From: Phycisphaerae bacterium
GTDB taxonomy: Bacteria; Planctomycetota; Phycisphaerae; UBA1845; Fen-1342
Reading direction: 5' to 3'
DNA: 64,000 bases
Assembly (NCBI GenBank): GCA_963666925.2
Contig: CAXXTC010000007.1
Location: 1-64,000 of the forward strand
Numbering within the stretch: position 1 is the stretch's first letter; the number at the start of each line of letters is the position of its first letter. A program made the position numbers and the translations under genes. Under the pieces are notes generated by a model that was not told the DNA's origin, ran no database searches, and worked only from the letters and a program-made list of their open reading frames with translations. Below, one piece after another: positions 41,895 through 51,802 of this stretch.

Positions 41895-43855
41895 AACCGC
41901 TCCTGCACTCGCCGAATGGCCGCGGGCAGCATCCGCTCGAGATACTCGCAACCTTCGAGACAGGCCGACACATAATCCCGATCGCGCCGCAGCCGCCGCC
42001 GCGCCGTAGCCGCGGTCTCACACTCCTCGTCGCGCAAACCCCGGTCCGCCTGAAGCCGCCGCAGCTCCGCCAGTTGCGAAATCTGCGTCACCAGCATGAA
42101 CGTGCGATCGTTCCGCCGCATCCGCGCCCGCAGATCATCCACCCGCGCCACCAGCCGATTGAATTCCTGCGGCCGCTCCACCAGGCCGACCAGTTTCTCC
42201 AACAGCGGCACCGTCTCTTCCGCAATGTTCCTGATCTCACGCACTTCCCCGAGCCGTTCCTCGAGCGCGCCGACGACCGTGTCCTTGTCCGCGATTGCCT
42301 CCGGACCTGCCTCGACCGCGAACAGATCCGCCGGCAGTGGCCGTGTGCAATAACGCTCCGCCGCCTCACGCAGCGTCATCACCTCCGTCCCCTCCAGGTG
42401 CCGGCCACCCTCGCTGGCTTGAATAATCCGCGCCGGCGACCGGGCAAACTCAGCCTCAAACTGCTCCGCATAGTTATAGAGCTGGTCATCCGTGTAAACC
42501 TGCCGGCCATGGACATCCGTCACCACGCGCAGTCCGCCCCGCGCCCGCACGATCCGCTCCCACTGCTTCATCTCCACCGTCTGAAAACGGCCGAACTCCG
42601 GTCGCCAGATATTCTCGATCTGCATCCCCGCCGGGTAATACAGCCCGTCCGTAAACGACAGATCCTGACCGACAAAGATAATCGGATCACAGCCCAGGTA
42701 CACGCTCAGGTAGTACGCCAGGTGGGCCACGGTGCTGCCCGACGTCAGCTCGCCTCGCTGCGGGGCGTGTTCGCGCAGCAGCTCCTCGACGAACTTCGTA
42801 TGCAGCACGTGCCGTCGCCCGCGGTAAGCCTCCAGCACCTGCCACGCGACCTTCGCCTCGGCCACCAGAATCAGGTCCCGAAAGTCTTTAATCCCGTGGA
42901 AAAACTGGGCCGAAATCTCGTGAAAATCGAGCGTCGTCACGAAGTGCGGGCGCAAATCTCGCGCCAGCAGCGTCTTCAACACCGTCTGGACAGCCACGAT
43001 GACGGCCTTGTCGCGCAGCCCCGGCAATTGGTCGACGTTCCGTGCCAGCGACGGCCCCGCCGCCACCACAATTGCCGGATAGCCCGCCGCCCGACGCTCC
43101 AGCAGCTCGATCCCCGGGTGCCCCGCATAGTCGGCCAGGTTATACGCCGCGTTTTCGCACGTCCGCCGCGCGTTGCGTATCACCGAGTAAACCTGGAGCC
43201 GCGTGTACGAAACAAAATCGCGCATCAACGTACGCACCCGGGTGTGAAATTCGCGATGATAGCGCGTCGCGTACGGCGGAGTGATCAGCCGCAATGCCAG
43301 TACCAGCGCCGTCATCAGCGGCCGCAACCGCTCGTGCAGTTCGGCCTTGTCCGCCGTCGTGAGGATCAGCAACCGGCGCTCCCGCAGCGGCGTCGAGATG
43401 TCCGTCACGCACAAACCCGCCTTGAGCAGTGCCAGATCATCCTCTGCCACAATCAACAATGGCCTCGGAAAACGCCGCTCCAACTCGGCTACGTGATACC
43501 CCAGCCCGAACCCGGACACCAGAAAGCACGCGTGCTCCAACTCTTCGTCTGGAACCTGCTCATCGTCCTGAGGCTCGTCGATCAGCTTCTCACGCCGACC
43601 CTGACGCTCCACCAGTGTGCGGGCCTCGTCCCCCGGGTGATACCGGCTGTGTGCATACACCGGCTTGTTGTCGTCCGCGATCAACCGCACGGTCGGCGCC
43701 CCGTCCCGGGCAGTTTCGAGAGGGTGCGTTTGTGAAAAGGGCAGTGCGTCCACCCGGGCGGCCAGCGGCGGGTCCAACGCATACAGCGCCGCCAGGTTCT
43801 CCACGTAACAGGCGGCGGTTCTGCGGGCCTCCGTGCACGGGCCGTCAGCATCCAT
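41891..43855 (-). CDS. Motility-associated factor (Maf/DUF115, MptE-like) glycosyltransferase
   Basis: HSRYHP, GFGLGYH, IVVAAGPSL, PHFVTTLD, GSTVAH, LGCDPIIFVGQDLSF. Confidence 0.88.
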   Translation of the reverse strand: MDADGPCTEARRTAACYVENLAALYALDPPLAARVDALPFSQTHPLETARDGAPTVRLIADDNKPVYAHSRYHPGDEARTLVERQGRREKLIDEPQDDEQVPDEELEHACFLVSGFGLGYHVAELERRFPRPLLIVAEDDLALLKAGLCVTDISTPLRERRLLILTTADKAELHERLRPLMTALVLALRLITPPYATRYHREFHTRVRTLMRDFVSYTRLQVYSVIRNARRTCENAAYNLADYAGHPGIELLERRAAGYPAIVVAAGPSLARNVDQLPGLRDKAVIVAVQTVLKTLLARDLRPHFVTTLDFHEISAQFFHGIKDFRDLILVAEAKVAWQVLEAYRGRRHVLHTKFVEELLREHAPQRGELTSGSTVAHLAYYLSVYLGCDPIIFVGQDLSFTDGLYYPAGMQIENIWRPEFGRFQTVEMKQWERIVRARGGLRVVTDVHGRQVYTDDQLYNYAEQFEAEFARSPARIIQASEGGRHLEGTEVMTLREAAERYCTRPLPADLFAVEAGPEAIADKDTVVGALEERLGEVREIRNIAEETVPLLEKLVGLVERPQEFNRLVARVDDLRARMRRNDRTFMLVTQISQLAELRRLQADRGLRDEECETAATARRRLRRDRDYVSACLEGCEYLERMLPAAIRRVQERL

Positions 43856-44191
43856 AACACCACTAGTGCCCGCGCGCAACAGTTTTGTCAACAGACTCTT
43901 GCGATCCCGCCCCCGGCTCGCCGCCGAAATCGCCTCTCGCGGGTCCCCGCCAGTCTTCCCGAGGACTTTTCGTCCCACCCTCAAGATTTCGGCTCGCACC
44001 AGCCGATATTGGATTTCGCAGGGGAGCGCGCGCATCGGCCCTCGCAACGGCCGTCGTGCCCGCCAAGGAGATGCCGTCCGCTTGCTCTTGCAGATGTAAC
44101 CACGCAGCGATCGCGCCGCCCCCAATGACGTCGCGAAACGCTCAAAGATCAAGCCGTCCGGCAACCAGACTGGCGGCCCGAGGAGCCTCGA

Positions 44192-44494
44192 ATGACAACC
44201 GTGTCCACCATCGGCGAACGTACCAGCGAAGCAGAAGCCGTCGGCTGCCAGCGACCCCGCGCCGGCGTCCGCGTCCCGCTCGACACCATCAATTCCCCCG
44301 GCACCTACCTGTGTAACTGGAGCGGACATCTGCTACGCGTACCCCCCGCAACTATCGACGCCGATGGCTGCAACCGCCTGAACATCGTCGGCAGCGAGCC
44401 GCTAACCGTCACCAAGCTCAGTGACGACCACGACCTGCCACTCTCCAAGGCCCGCGGCCTGGCCTGGTGTTTCGGCCTGCCCATCGCCTTCTAG
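44192..44494 (+). CDS. Hypothetical protein
   Basis: AGGAG RBS; globular-looking 100 aa (PGTYLCNWSGHLLRVP). Confidence 0.7.
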   Translation: MTTVSTIGERTSEAEAVGCQRPRAGVRVPLDTINSPGTYLCNWSGHLLRVPPATIDADGCNRLNIVGSEPLTVTKLSDDHDLPLSKARGLAWCFGLPIAF

Positions 44495-44529
44495 AGCATT
44501 TAAAAAAACGCCCCCCGTGCCATCTATGA

Positions 44530-44790
44530 GCGAGCCAAAGTCAAGCGGGTTTTCGACGGGGTCTTTCCAACCATCTATTCGGCGTCGTCGCAGGGACACG
44601 CCACTCAACGATTTCGGGGGCGGCCTCAGTCACTGCTACGATGGTAACGCGCCGGTTCCAATTGGCCCCCGCCGGTTGACGCCTCATGGCACATCCGCGA
44701 GGTCCGCCCGATTCGACCCGCTCGAAGTTTCGTCCCGCCCATAGCGGTACACTCACCTCCTGGTGCTCTCCGGAGGGGAAAGAACGGACT
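44530..44790 (-). ncRNA. Putative bridge/seekRNA of the IS110 element (ends approximate)
   Basis: The ~270-nt non-coding end contains UGUGCCA (44693-44687), AGCAGUG (44637-44631) and AUAGAUG (44578-44572), matching the target-right, target-left and donor-left halves. Confidence 0.75.
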
Positions 44791-44791
44791 C

Positions 44792-45835
44792 CTATGCTAC
44801 GCTCGGCGTCGGTTCCGTGACCACCTCCGCTTCACGCCACACTTCTCCGCTGCGCAGCATTGCCGCCGACACGCACGCTAGGTGCCGGGCTAACGCCACC
44901 AGCGCAATCTTGTTCCGCTCCGGATCACCACGCTGCACATGTTCGTAAACCGCCCGCAGCAGCGGACTGCGTCCCTTGCCCTGCCAAGCTGCCTCGCACA
45001 GCAATTGCCGCACGACACTGGGACCTTCCCGGGTGATATGCCCAAGCCGATTCGTCTGCCCACTCTGGTCCTGGCACGGCACCAGCCCGAAGTAGCAGCC
45101 CACCTGCCGATTGCTCCGAAAACGCCGGACATCGTCGATCCACGCCACCAGCGCCTCGGCCGTACGCTTCCCAACGCCCGGGATGGTCTGTAACAAACGC
45201 ACCCTGGGATGCTCACGGGCCATGCTCTCCAACCACCGCTCCACCGTACGCAGCCGCGCGTCCAGATGCTCCAACTCGTCCAGGCCCAGATCCCGTTCGA
45301 GCGCCGTCGTACGCGTTGGAAACTCCACCTCCGCCAGCCAGACGCGGCCGGCCCGGCTCCACAAACTGGCGCGGCGTGGTGCCGCCACGCCGTGCGCCCG
45401 CAACAGGGCCCGCAGCCGGTTCTTCACCGCCGTCCGCTGGGCCACCAGCCGCCTCCGGAACTGAATCAGCCGCCGCCAACTGCGGACGTCCACGGGCGGC
45501 ACATGCACCGGCGGCACCTGGTCCAGGAATAGCAAGGTAGCCAGCTTCCGGGCGTCGACCCGATCGTGCTTACGTTTGGCCCGGAAGATCAGTCGCACTG
45601 CCCCCGGATGAGCCACGACGATCCGCTGCGCCACCTGCTGCAGTTGTTCGTAGACGTAACCGTAGCCGCACGACGCCTCGTAGCAGATCTGGAAGGGCGG
45701 CGACACACTACGCAGTTGTTTCACCAGTTCCTTGGCTCCGCCCCGAATCTGCTGTTGCTTGACGAGTTTCCCGGCTGAATCCAAAATGCAGATGGTCGAC
45801 TGACGCTGATGTAGATCTAGTCCAATCGTGTACAT
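44792..45835 (-). CDS. IS110 family transposase/recombinase
   Basis: DEDD motifs IGLDLH, YEA, KHDRVDA; C-terminal LQTIPGVG and YFGLVP..DQSG; AAGGAGG RBS. Confidence 0.97.
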   Translation of the reverse strand: MYTIGLDLHQRQSTICILDSAGKLVKQQQIRGGAKELVKQLRSVSPPFQICYEASCGYGYVYEQLQQVAQRIVVAHPGAVRLIFRAKRKHDRVDARKLATLLFLDQVPPVHVPPVDVRSWRRLIQFRRRLVAQRTAVKNRLRALLRAHGVAAPRRASLWSRAGRVWLAEVEFPTRTTALERDLGLDELEHLDARLRTVERWLESMAREHPRVRLLQTIPGVGKRTAEALVAWIDDVRRFRSNRQVGCYFGLVPCQDQSGQTNRLGHITREGPSVVRQLLCEAAWQGKGRSPLLRAVYEHVQRGDPERNKIALVALARHLACVSAAMLRSGEVWREAEVVTEPTPSVA

Positions 45836-45899
45836 GCGGGCCTCCTTTCTTTGAAGTTCCAACGGGGTCATACCCCGAAGGAGGCTCGCTTCATAGTTT

Positions 45900-46030
45900 C
45901 ACTGCTCTTGAGCAACGCCTCGACGTGCCACTGTTCCGAAAGCAGTGTCCAGGAATCTTGTGGTACCGGTTTTTAACCGGTGGGTCATGCCGGCAACGAA
46001 CCCCAATGCCCCGGCTATAAAATAGGCTCA
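45900..46030 (+). repeat. Composite repeat: interrupted REP-A, second REP-A, family-B element
   Basis: CACTGCTCTTGAGCA; GTGCCACTGTTCCGAAAGCAGTG (45925-45947); ACCGGTTTTTAACCGGT (45965-45981). Confidence 0.75.
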
Positions 46031-46194
46031 GCTTTCATCTGGAATGGTGTACAAAGTACATACAGCCTGCCCTGCGAGCAGTGCATTCTCAAATGACAGC
46101 CGGTCGTCCTACCCCGCTGCGCAGCACCGGCACGCAAACTGATGACCTGCACGCCCCCCATCCTAGAGTGTGGCACGGGTTAACAGCCCGGATG

Positions 46195-48456
46195 TCAGGG
46201 CCCCGTCATCAGGCCGACCAGAATACCAACGTCAGACAGATCCACGAAGCCGTGACAATCCAGGTCGGCGATCGCTGCGCAATCGGGCTGCGGAGCCTCC
46301 GAACCGCCGAAACACACTTGCATGTGAATGAAGTCCGGCAAGTCGACATCGCCATCGATGTCAATGTCCGCCCAGACGCGAGATAGCTCGAAGGCGCCCA
46401 TATCAACCTGACAGCCCTGGATTCTTGGATTACCGTCGAGATCCGTCGCCACACCTTCTGGAATGGCCGTGTCATCGCCCGCGTTGATCACTGGCGAAGT
46501 TGGCCAAAGTCGAAGATCGTCATCCGACGTGCCAATCACGTCGTCCGCGCCGTCATCGTCGACGAATTCCGGGGCGGCGCCGGTGTTGCCGGTTCCGCCC
46601 AAGCCGCCGGTCCAGCCCTGGACGCACGAATAGTCAAGCATTGTCCAACTGCCGTTCTGGTTGAAGATCTGGGCATCCTCCCCGGTCCCCTGTTGTGCCT
46701 GGTTCTGCCAGAAAACGCAGTTAACCGCGGCTGGCCAACAGTTATCTTCGCTGAACAGGCCGCCACCTGAATTGACCGCCGTGTTTCGGCTAAGCGTGCA
46801 GTTGACCAGATAGGGACTGCTTTGATAATCGTAGAAAGCACCCCCGTCGGCACTTGTGTTGCCGCTGAACACCGAGTTGGTAATCATTGGCGAGACCGTG
46901 TACAGATAAATCCCGCCACCGCCGATCCCCGAACTGTTGCCGAAGAAGACGCAGCTATGCAACGTCAGGTAGCTCTGGTTCGTCGCCACGATACCTCCTC
47001 CCCAATCGGTGGCAACGTTTGCGCTGAACGAACAACTCGTGATGGTGGATCCACACTCGTCGAAAGTTCTGATGCCGCCGCCATTCACGGCCGTGTTGTC
47101 CACGAATGAACACCCCTCGATCGCGGGCGAACAACCGCCAACGAGCATTCCACCTCCGGTGACGGCCGCATTGTTGACGAAAGCGCAGTCGCGAATCACG
47201 GTCGGCCCCGTTAACCAGGAGAGCACCGCACCGCCGGCACCAGTGGGACAGGTGTTCGATTGAAAGGTGCACCGCTCCAGGCGGGACGTAGTGTCCGTAT
47301 GCAGGTAGACGCCGCCGACATACGTGGTTGCCGTGTTGCCTTCGATATGACAATCTTCGAGTTGTAAGGCTGATCCCGCGGAACTGTAGCCGGCCCCGCC
47401 TTGCGCCGCTCGATTCTCCACCAGCCGACAGTGACTCACCATTGGGCTGCCGCCCTGGGCAAGGATGCCGCCGCCTGAGTTGTCGGGCAGATCTTCTGCA
47501 TCCGCATTCCCCCCGCGAATGGTGAATCCATCAACCCGGGTCTGGCTGTTCACGCTGCCGCCGTCGATTACATGGTAGGAATTGTCGGCGTAGTTCGCGA
47601 AGTCCGGACCGTCGTCCCCTTCAAGATCCCCGTCCAGCACGGTCTCATTGGCCACGAAGTCGCGATCGTTGAGGTCGAAGGAAGCGGGATCTTCATCGCC
47701 GGCCAGGCCGCCGTAGGCCTGTACCCCGGAGCGAAGTTGGAAAACCGCGCTGCGCGAGTCGGTCGATTCAGTCCGCGCCGTCGGCCGGTACACGCCGGAG
47801 GCCACCCATACCTGGTCGCCCACCGCCGCGCCATCGAGCGCATCCTGAAGATGCTCAAACGCCGTCTCCCAGGTCTGACCATCACCGCCAGAAGCAGCAT
47901 CGTCGTCAACAAACCAGATGTTCGAAACCGGGGGGTTCTCGTATTCGACCACCATGCCGTTGAAGAAGTTCGGCATGCAGTTCTCATCATTCCAACACCC
48001 CGGAACTGCTATCGCGTGATTCAGTTCGACCCCAAGACCAAACATGCCCAGGTGTATCTCTGGCGGGCAAGCGTCATTGGGTTCACCGGGGGACCAATTC
48101 GTGTAATCCCAGGCCTCACCCGTAACCCATTCCCACCCCTCATCCGGCGGCACGTCGGGATCGGGTTGATAGCCACCCAGAAAAGCTTCAATACAGGTCG
48201 GATACTGGAAGAGGAGGTCGGCTACAAACTCGTTTTCCGCCGCGCTGGTGATAGTCGCCAGATAACCTCCGCAGCATATGCTGCTGCCGGCTTCGTCCCA
48301 CGTTCGCGATCCGCCCTCAAACATCACCACCTCGTAGTAGTGCCCGTTCCCGCCGCTGCTGATCGGCCACTCTACAAGCTGTGCATGAACAGCCGCCGAA
48401 AACAGGCTACATAAGCTCAGGCTGATGAGTGAATTCGTGACCCAGGATCGTCCCAT
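46195..48456 (-). CDS. Secreted C-type-lectin + beta-helix + dockerin-like protein
   Basis: Signal peptide; GNGHYY..LATITSAAENEF..WVTGE..NWSPGEPND..WND; NxA..GGG repeats; DLDGNPR..VDMGAFE; DIDIDGDVDLPDF. Confidence 0.88.
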   Translation of the reverse strand: MGRSWVTNSLISLSLCSLFSAAVHAQLVEWPISSGGNGHYYEVVMFEGGSRTWDEAGSSICCGGYLATITSAAENEFVADLLFQYPTCIEAFLGGYQPDPDVPPDEGWEWVTGEAWDYTNWSPGEPNDACPPEIHLGMFGLGVELNHAIAVPGCWNDENCMPNFFNGMVVEYENPPVSNIWFVDDDAASGGDGQTWETAFEHLQDALDGAAVGDQVWVASGVYRPTARTESTDSRSAVFQLRSGVQAYGGLAGDEDPASFDLNDRDFVANETVLDGDLEGDDGPDFANYADNSYHVIDGGSVNSQTRVDGFTIRGGNADAEDLPDNSGGGILAQGGSPMVSHCRLVENRAAQGGAGYSSAGSALQLEDCHIEGNTATTYVGGVYLHTDTTSRLERCTFQSNTCPTGAGGAVLSWLTGPTVIRDCAFVNNAAVTGGGMLVGGCSPAIEGCSFVDNTAVNGGGIRTFDECGSTITSCSFSANVATDWGGGIVATNQSYLTLHSCVFFGNSSGIGGGGIYLYTVSPMITNSVFSGNTSADGGAFYDYQSSPYLVNCTLSRNTAVNSGGGLFSEDNCWPAAVNCVFWQNQAQQGTGEDAQIFNQNGSWTMLDYSCVQGWTGGLGGTGNTGAAPEFVDDDGADDVIGTSDDDLRLWPTSPVINAGDDTAIPEGVATDLDGNPRIQGCQVDMGAFELSRVWADIDIDGDVDLPDFIHMQVCFGGSEAPQPDCAAIADLDCHGFVDLSDVGILVGLMTGP

Positions 48457-48898
48457 GGCTTCCCTCCTCCGAACCGATATTTCCCAAATACCTGTCCCCT
48501 AAGAAAATATCATATTCGGACGCTTTGCCCGATTCAATCCAAAAGCTACCGCTCTCGTCCTGAACCACGCCACTTTGGCCGGCGCCGACGCACCACTCCG
48601 GCGGCCCCCCAGAACCTAACGCATCGCAAAATCGACGCGCAAGCTAATCAAGGACAATACCAATGTCTGTGCCGTGCCGCGCGGCGCATCCCCCTCGATC
48701 CGCGCCCCTTCGATCCTCGATCCTATTCACCCCGTTTTCGGACCCACCCCGCGCAGACCTGACAAAAATCACCAGAATCCGCCAGATATCGCCAGCCAGC
48801 GACAAAATCCGACACCACGCCGGCACCGCTGCTAAGCCGTGCTATCCTGTACCATGCACAACGTGTGCAGGACGTGACCAAGTAACTCGGAAAGCACG

Positions 48899-51184
48899 AT
48901 GTCTCAGCAACGAAATCACGTGATTCACGCCGCCCTGATCTTCCTGATCGGGCTCGCAACCGCTACTCAGGCCGAAGACTGGCCCCAGTTCCGCGGCCCG
49001 CGTCGCGACAACGTCTCAACTGCCCGCAACCTCCTCCGCGACTGGCCCGACGATGGGCCGCGCGTCCTCTGGCAAACCGACGTCTGCCAGGGCTATGCCG
49101 CACCCGCCATCCATTCCGGCAAGGTTTATATCAACGACTACACCCCCGAAACCCGCTGCTGGCACGTCCGCTGCCTAGCACTCAACGACGGCCACGAACT
49201 CTGGCGCTACAGCGACGAGAAGCCGGGCCGGGGCATTCGCGCCAACCACGGCATCACGCGCACCGTCCCCGCCGTCGACGGCAAACTTGTCTTCGCCCTC
49301 GACCCCAAATGCATACTCCACTGCCTCGACGCCAGTACGGGTAAACTGCTCTGGCAAAAGCACTTCCCCCGCGATTATGGCGCCACCATCCCGCCCTGGT
49401 ACAACGGCCAATGCCCGTTGATCGAGGACGATCGCATAATCGTCGGCGTCGGCGGCACCAACACACTCATGGTCGCCCTCGACAAGCAAACCGGCAACGA
49501 AATCTGGCGCACCCCCAACGAACACGAGTGGCCCCTGTCACACGCCTCGGTCATGCCCGCCACCATCGCCGGCGTCAAGCAATACCTCTGGTGCACGCTT
49601 TTCGGACCCGTCGGCGTCAGTGCCGACGACGGCCGACTACTCTGGCATCACGATCGCCAATTCAACATTGCCGTCGCCCCCTCACCTCTGTACATTGGCG
49701 ACGACCGCGTGTTCATGACTTCCGGCTACGACGCCGGCAGCATCATGCTCCGCCTCAAGAAGCAATCCGACTACACTTTCACCACCGAAGTCATCTTCGA
49801 CTGGACGGCCGACACACCCAACATGTGGAACTCCGAAGTCCACACCCCGATTCTGTATGACAACCACATGTTCGCCGTCGGCAAGACCAAACGCGGCCTG
49901 TTCACCTGCCTCGATCTCGACGGACACGTCGTCTGGGACAGTCGAGGCGAGGCTTCTTTTGGCCTGGGCAGCTTTCTGCTGGCCGACAACATGTTTTTCA
50001 TCCTCGAAGGCAAGACCGGCATGCTGCGTCTGATCGAAGCCAGCACCGCCGGCTGGCACGAACTCGACCACGCCCAGGTACTGCACGGACACGACGTCTG
50101 GGCACCGCTGGCACTGTCCGACGGCAAGCTCCTGTTACGTGACATGACCACGCTGAAATGCGTGCAGGTTGGCGCCGACCCGTCGGCCACACCGTCCACA
50201 CAACCGACCACACCGTCCACGCAGCCGGCCGACAACAACTCGCCAGCCGCCGCCCGAAACGGCCCGTTAGCTGCTCTCGGCGGCATCATCCTGACCTGCG
50301 GCGACGGCGGCCAACTCGAGCAGCTCACCTATCGCAAGCTCGGCGAGATCAAAACGCTTCGCGGCTTTGGGCGCGGGCAGTTCTCCGACGAGATTCGCGG
50401 GATCGCCATCCGCGACGATCGGCTCTACGTCGCCGGCGATCGCCGGGTGAGCATCTTCAACCTCCACGGCGACCTGCAAAAAACCTGGCCCACCGAGCGG
50501 CCCGGCCACTGCATCGCGGTCGATTCAAACCAACACATCTACGTCGGCGAACCGGCGCAGATCGAGGTCTTTGACCAGGCCGGCACGCGCGTCGGTTACT
50601 GGCAACACAGTCAATTCCTCGGCCGGCCGACCGCGATCGGATTCGTCGGCGACGAAGTGCTCGTCGCCGACGTAGCCGGCCGGCAGGTACGCCGGTTTGA
50701 TCGGGCCGGCAAGTACCTCGGCGACCTGGTGCAACAGCGCGGCGGGCGCGGATTCATGGTGCCCAACCGCTGCCTCGATCTGGCTGTCGGCCCGGCCCAG
50801 ACCATCCACATCTGCAATCCCGGGCTGCATCGCATCCAGACATACAAACCCGACGGCACGCCGACGGGGCGCTTCGGCAAGTTTCACGGCACCGAGCCGG
50901 CTGGCTTTACCGGCTGCTGCAACCCGACCAACATTGCGATCATGCCCGCCGGCCAGATCGTGACCGTCGAGAAGGCGCCGCCACGCGTTAAGGTGTACAA
51001 TTCGGCCGGCGAGCTGTTGACCGTGGTGAACGGGCCGGACGATTTTGATCCCCAATGCAAAAACATGGACGTCGCGGTTGATTCGGCCGGCCGGATATAT
51101 GTGGTCGACACACAACGACTGGCGCTGGTGGTCTACATGTCGGCACTGCCGGACACGCAACCCGCGGCCCGGGAGCAACCCTGA
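48899..51184 (+). CDS. Secreted PQQ-like (BamB-type) beta-propeller fused to an NHL-repeat propeller
   Basis: Signal peptide, DWPQFRGP, repeated LD..TG..LW blades, PST-rich linker, NHL repeats with GFTGCCNPTNIA. Confidence 0.85.
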   Translation: MSQQRNHVIHAALIFLIGLATATQAEDWPQFRGPRRDNVSTARNLLRDWPDDGPRVLWQTDVCQGYAAPAIHSGKVYINDYTPETRCWHVRCLALNDGHELWRYSDEKPGRGIRANHGITRTVPAVDGKLVFALDPKCILHCLDASTGKLLWQKHFPRDYGATIPPWYNGQCPLIEDDRIIVGVGGTNTLMVALDKQTGNEIWRTPNEHEWPLSHASVMPATIAGVKQYLWCTLFGPVGVSADDGRLLWHHDRQFNIAVAPSPLYIGDDRVFMTSGYDAGSIMLRLKKQSDYTFTTEVIFDWTADTPNMWNSEVHTPILYDNHMFAVGKTKRGLFTCLDLDGHVVWDSRGEASFGLGSFLLADNMFFILEGKTGMLRLIEASTAGWHELDHAQVLHGHDVWAPLALSDGKLLLRDMTTLKCVQVGADPSATPSTQPTTPSTQPADNNSPAAARNGPLAALGGIILTCGDGGQLEQLTYRKLGEIKTLRGFGRGQFSDEIRGIAIRDDRLYVAGDRRVSIFNLHGDLQKTWPTERPGHCIAVDSNQHIYVGEPAQIEVFDQAGTRVGYWQHSQFLGRPTAIGFVGDEVLVADVAGRQVRRFDRAGKYLGDLVQQRGGRGFMVPNRCLDLAVGPAQTIHICNPGLHRIQTYKPDGTPTGRFGKFHGTEPAGFTGCCNPTNIAIMPAGQIVTVEKAPPRVKVYNSAGELLTVVNGPDDFDPQCKNMDVAVDSAGRIYVVDTQRLALVVYMSALPDTQPAAREQP

Positions 51185-51771
51185 TGGCTGATGAGCAGCA
51201 ACGACACACCCGGCGAGAGGTGCTCGGGCACGCGGCCCGCGGCGCGACGCTGCTCGGGCTGGGCGGATTGGCCAGCTACCTGGTGCTCAAGGCCGGCCCG
51301 GAAGGTGCCTGGAGTATCAACGCTCAGAAGTGCGTGAACATGCGTCCCGGCGCGGTCGGCGTCGAGGCCTGCGACCGTTGCGCGACGCAATGCGTGCTTG
51401 CGCGGTCGGCCATCCGGGCCGTCAACGATTACGACAAGTGCGGGCGCTGCTACATCTGCCCAGCCCACTTCGACGTCAGCAGCGCGATTGACAAGAACGG
51501 CCTGCCGAGCGCGAAGCTCTGCCCGCGCGACGCGATCGAGCGCAAACCGATCGGGTGGGTCGATCCGTACGATCCGGCCAACAACTTTTATGAGTACATC
51601 ATCGACGAGGAGAAGTGCAACGGCTGCGGCAAGTGCGTGATGGCGTGCAAGGAGCCGGCGGGGCTGAGCTCGTTGCGGCTCACCGTGCGGCACGATCTGT
51701 GTCTCGACTGCAATCGTTGCTCGATCGCGCAGGTTTGTCCGGACGATGCCTATCAGCGCGATCCGGCCTGA
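51184..51771 (+). CDS. Tat-exported polyferredoxin (NapG/MauM-like)
   Basis: TRREVL plus hydrophobic stretch; CDRCATQC, CGRCYIC, CP, CNGCGKCVMAC, CLDCNRC...CP. Confidence 0.85.
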   Translation: MADEQQRHTRREVLGHAARGATLLGLGGLASYLVLKAGPEGAWSINAQKCVNMRPGAVGVEACDRCATQCVLARSAIRAVNDYDKCGRCYICPAHFDVSSAIDKNGLPSAKLCPRDAIERKPIGWVDPYDPANNFYEYIIDEEKCNGCGKCVMACKEPAGLSSLRLTVRHDLCLDCNRCSIAQVCPDDAYQRDPA

Positions 51772-51802
51772 CGTGCCAGTAATCTCGGAGCCCATTTCCG
51801 GT

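Larger units (their letters stand above)
44521..45901 (-). mobile_element. IS110-family insertion sequence, IS1111-type, inserted in a REP
   Basis: Subterminal IRs ATGAAGCGAGCC / GGCTCGCTCAT, 7 nt (including the core) and 3 nt from the ends. TG core at both junctions. Removing the element restores the REP GCTCAAGAGCAGTGGCAC. Confidence 0.9.

Noticed and set aside
42074..43735. Long antisense or alternate-frame ORFs (also 57123..58655, 60098..61585, 52804..54126, 4667..5764)
   Set aside because: These are shadow ORFs of well-supported genes in GC-rich DNA, Arg/Pro-rich and without motifs.
43856..44329. 158-aa N-terminal extension of the Maf ORF
   Set aside because: It overlaps the divergent gene at 44192 and its promoter region; family-like sequence starts near 43855.
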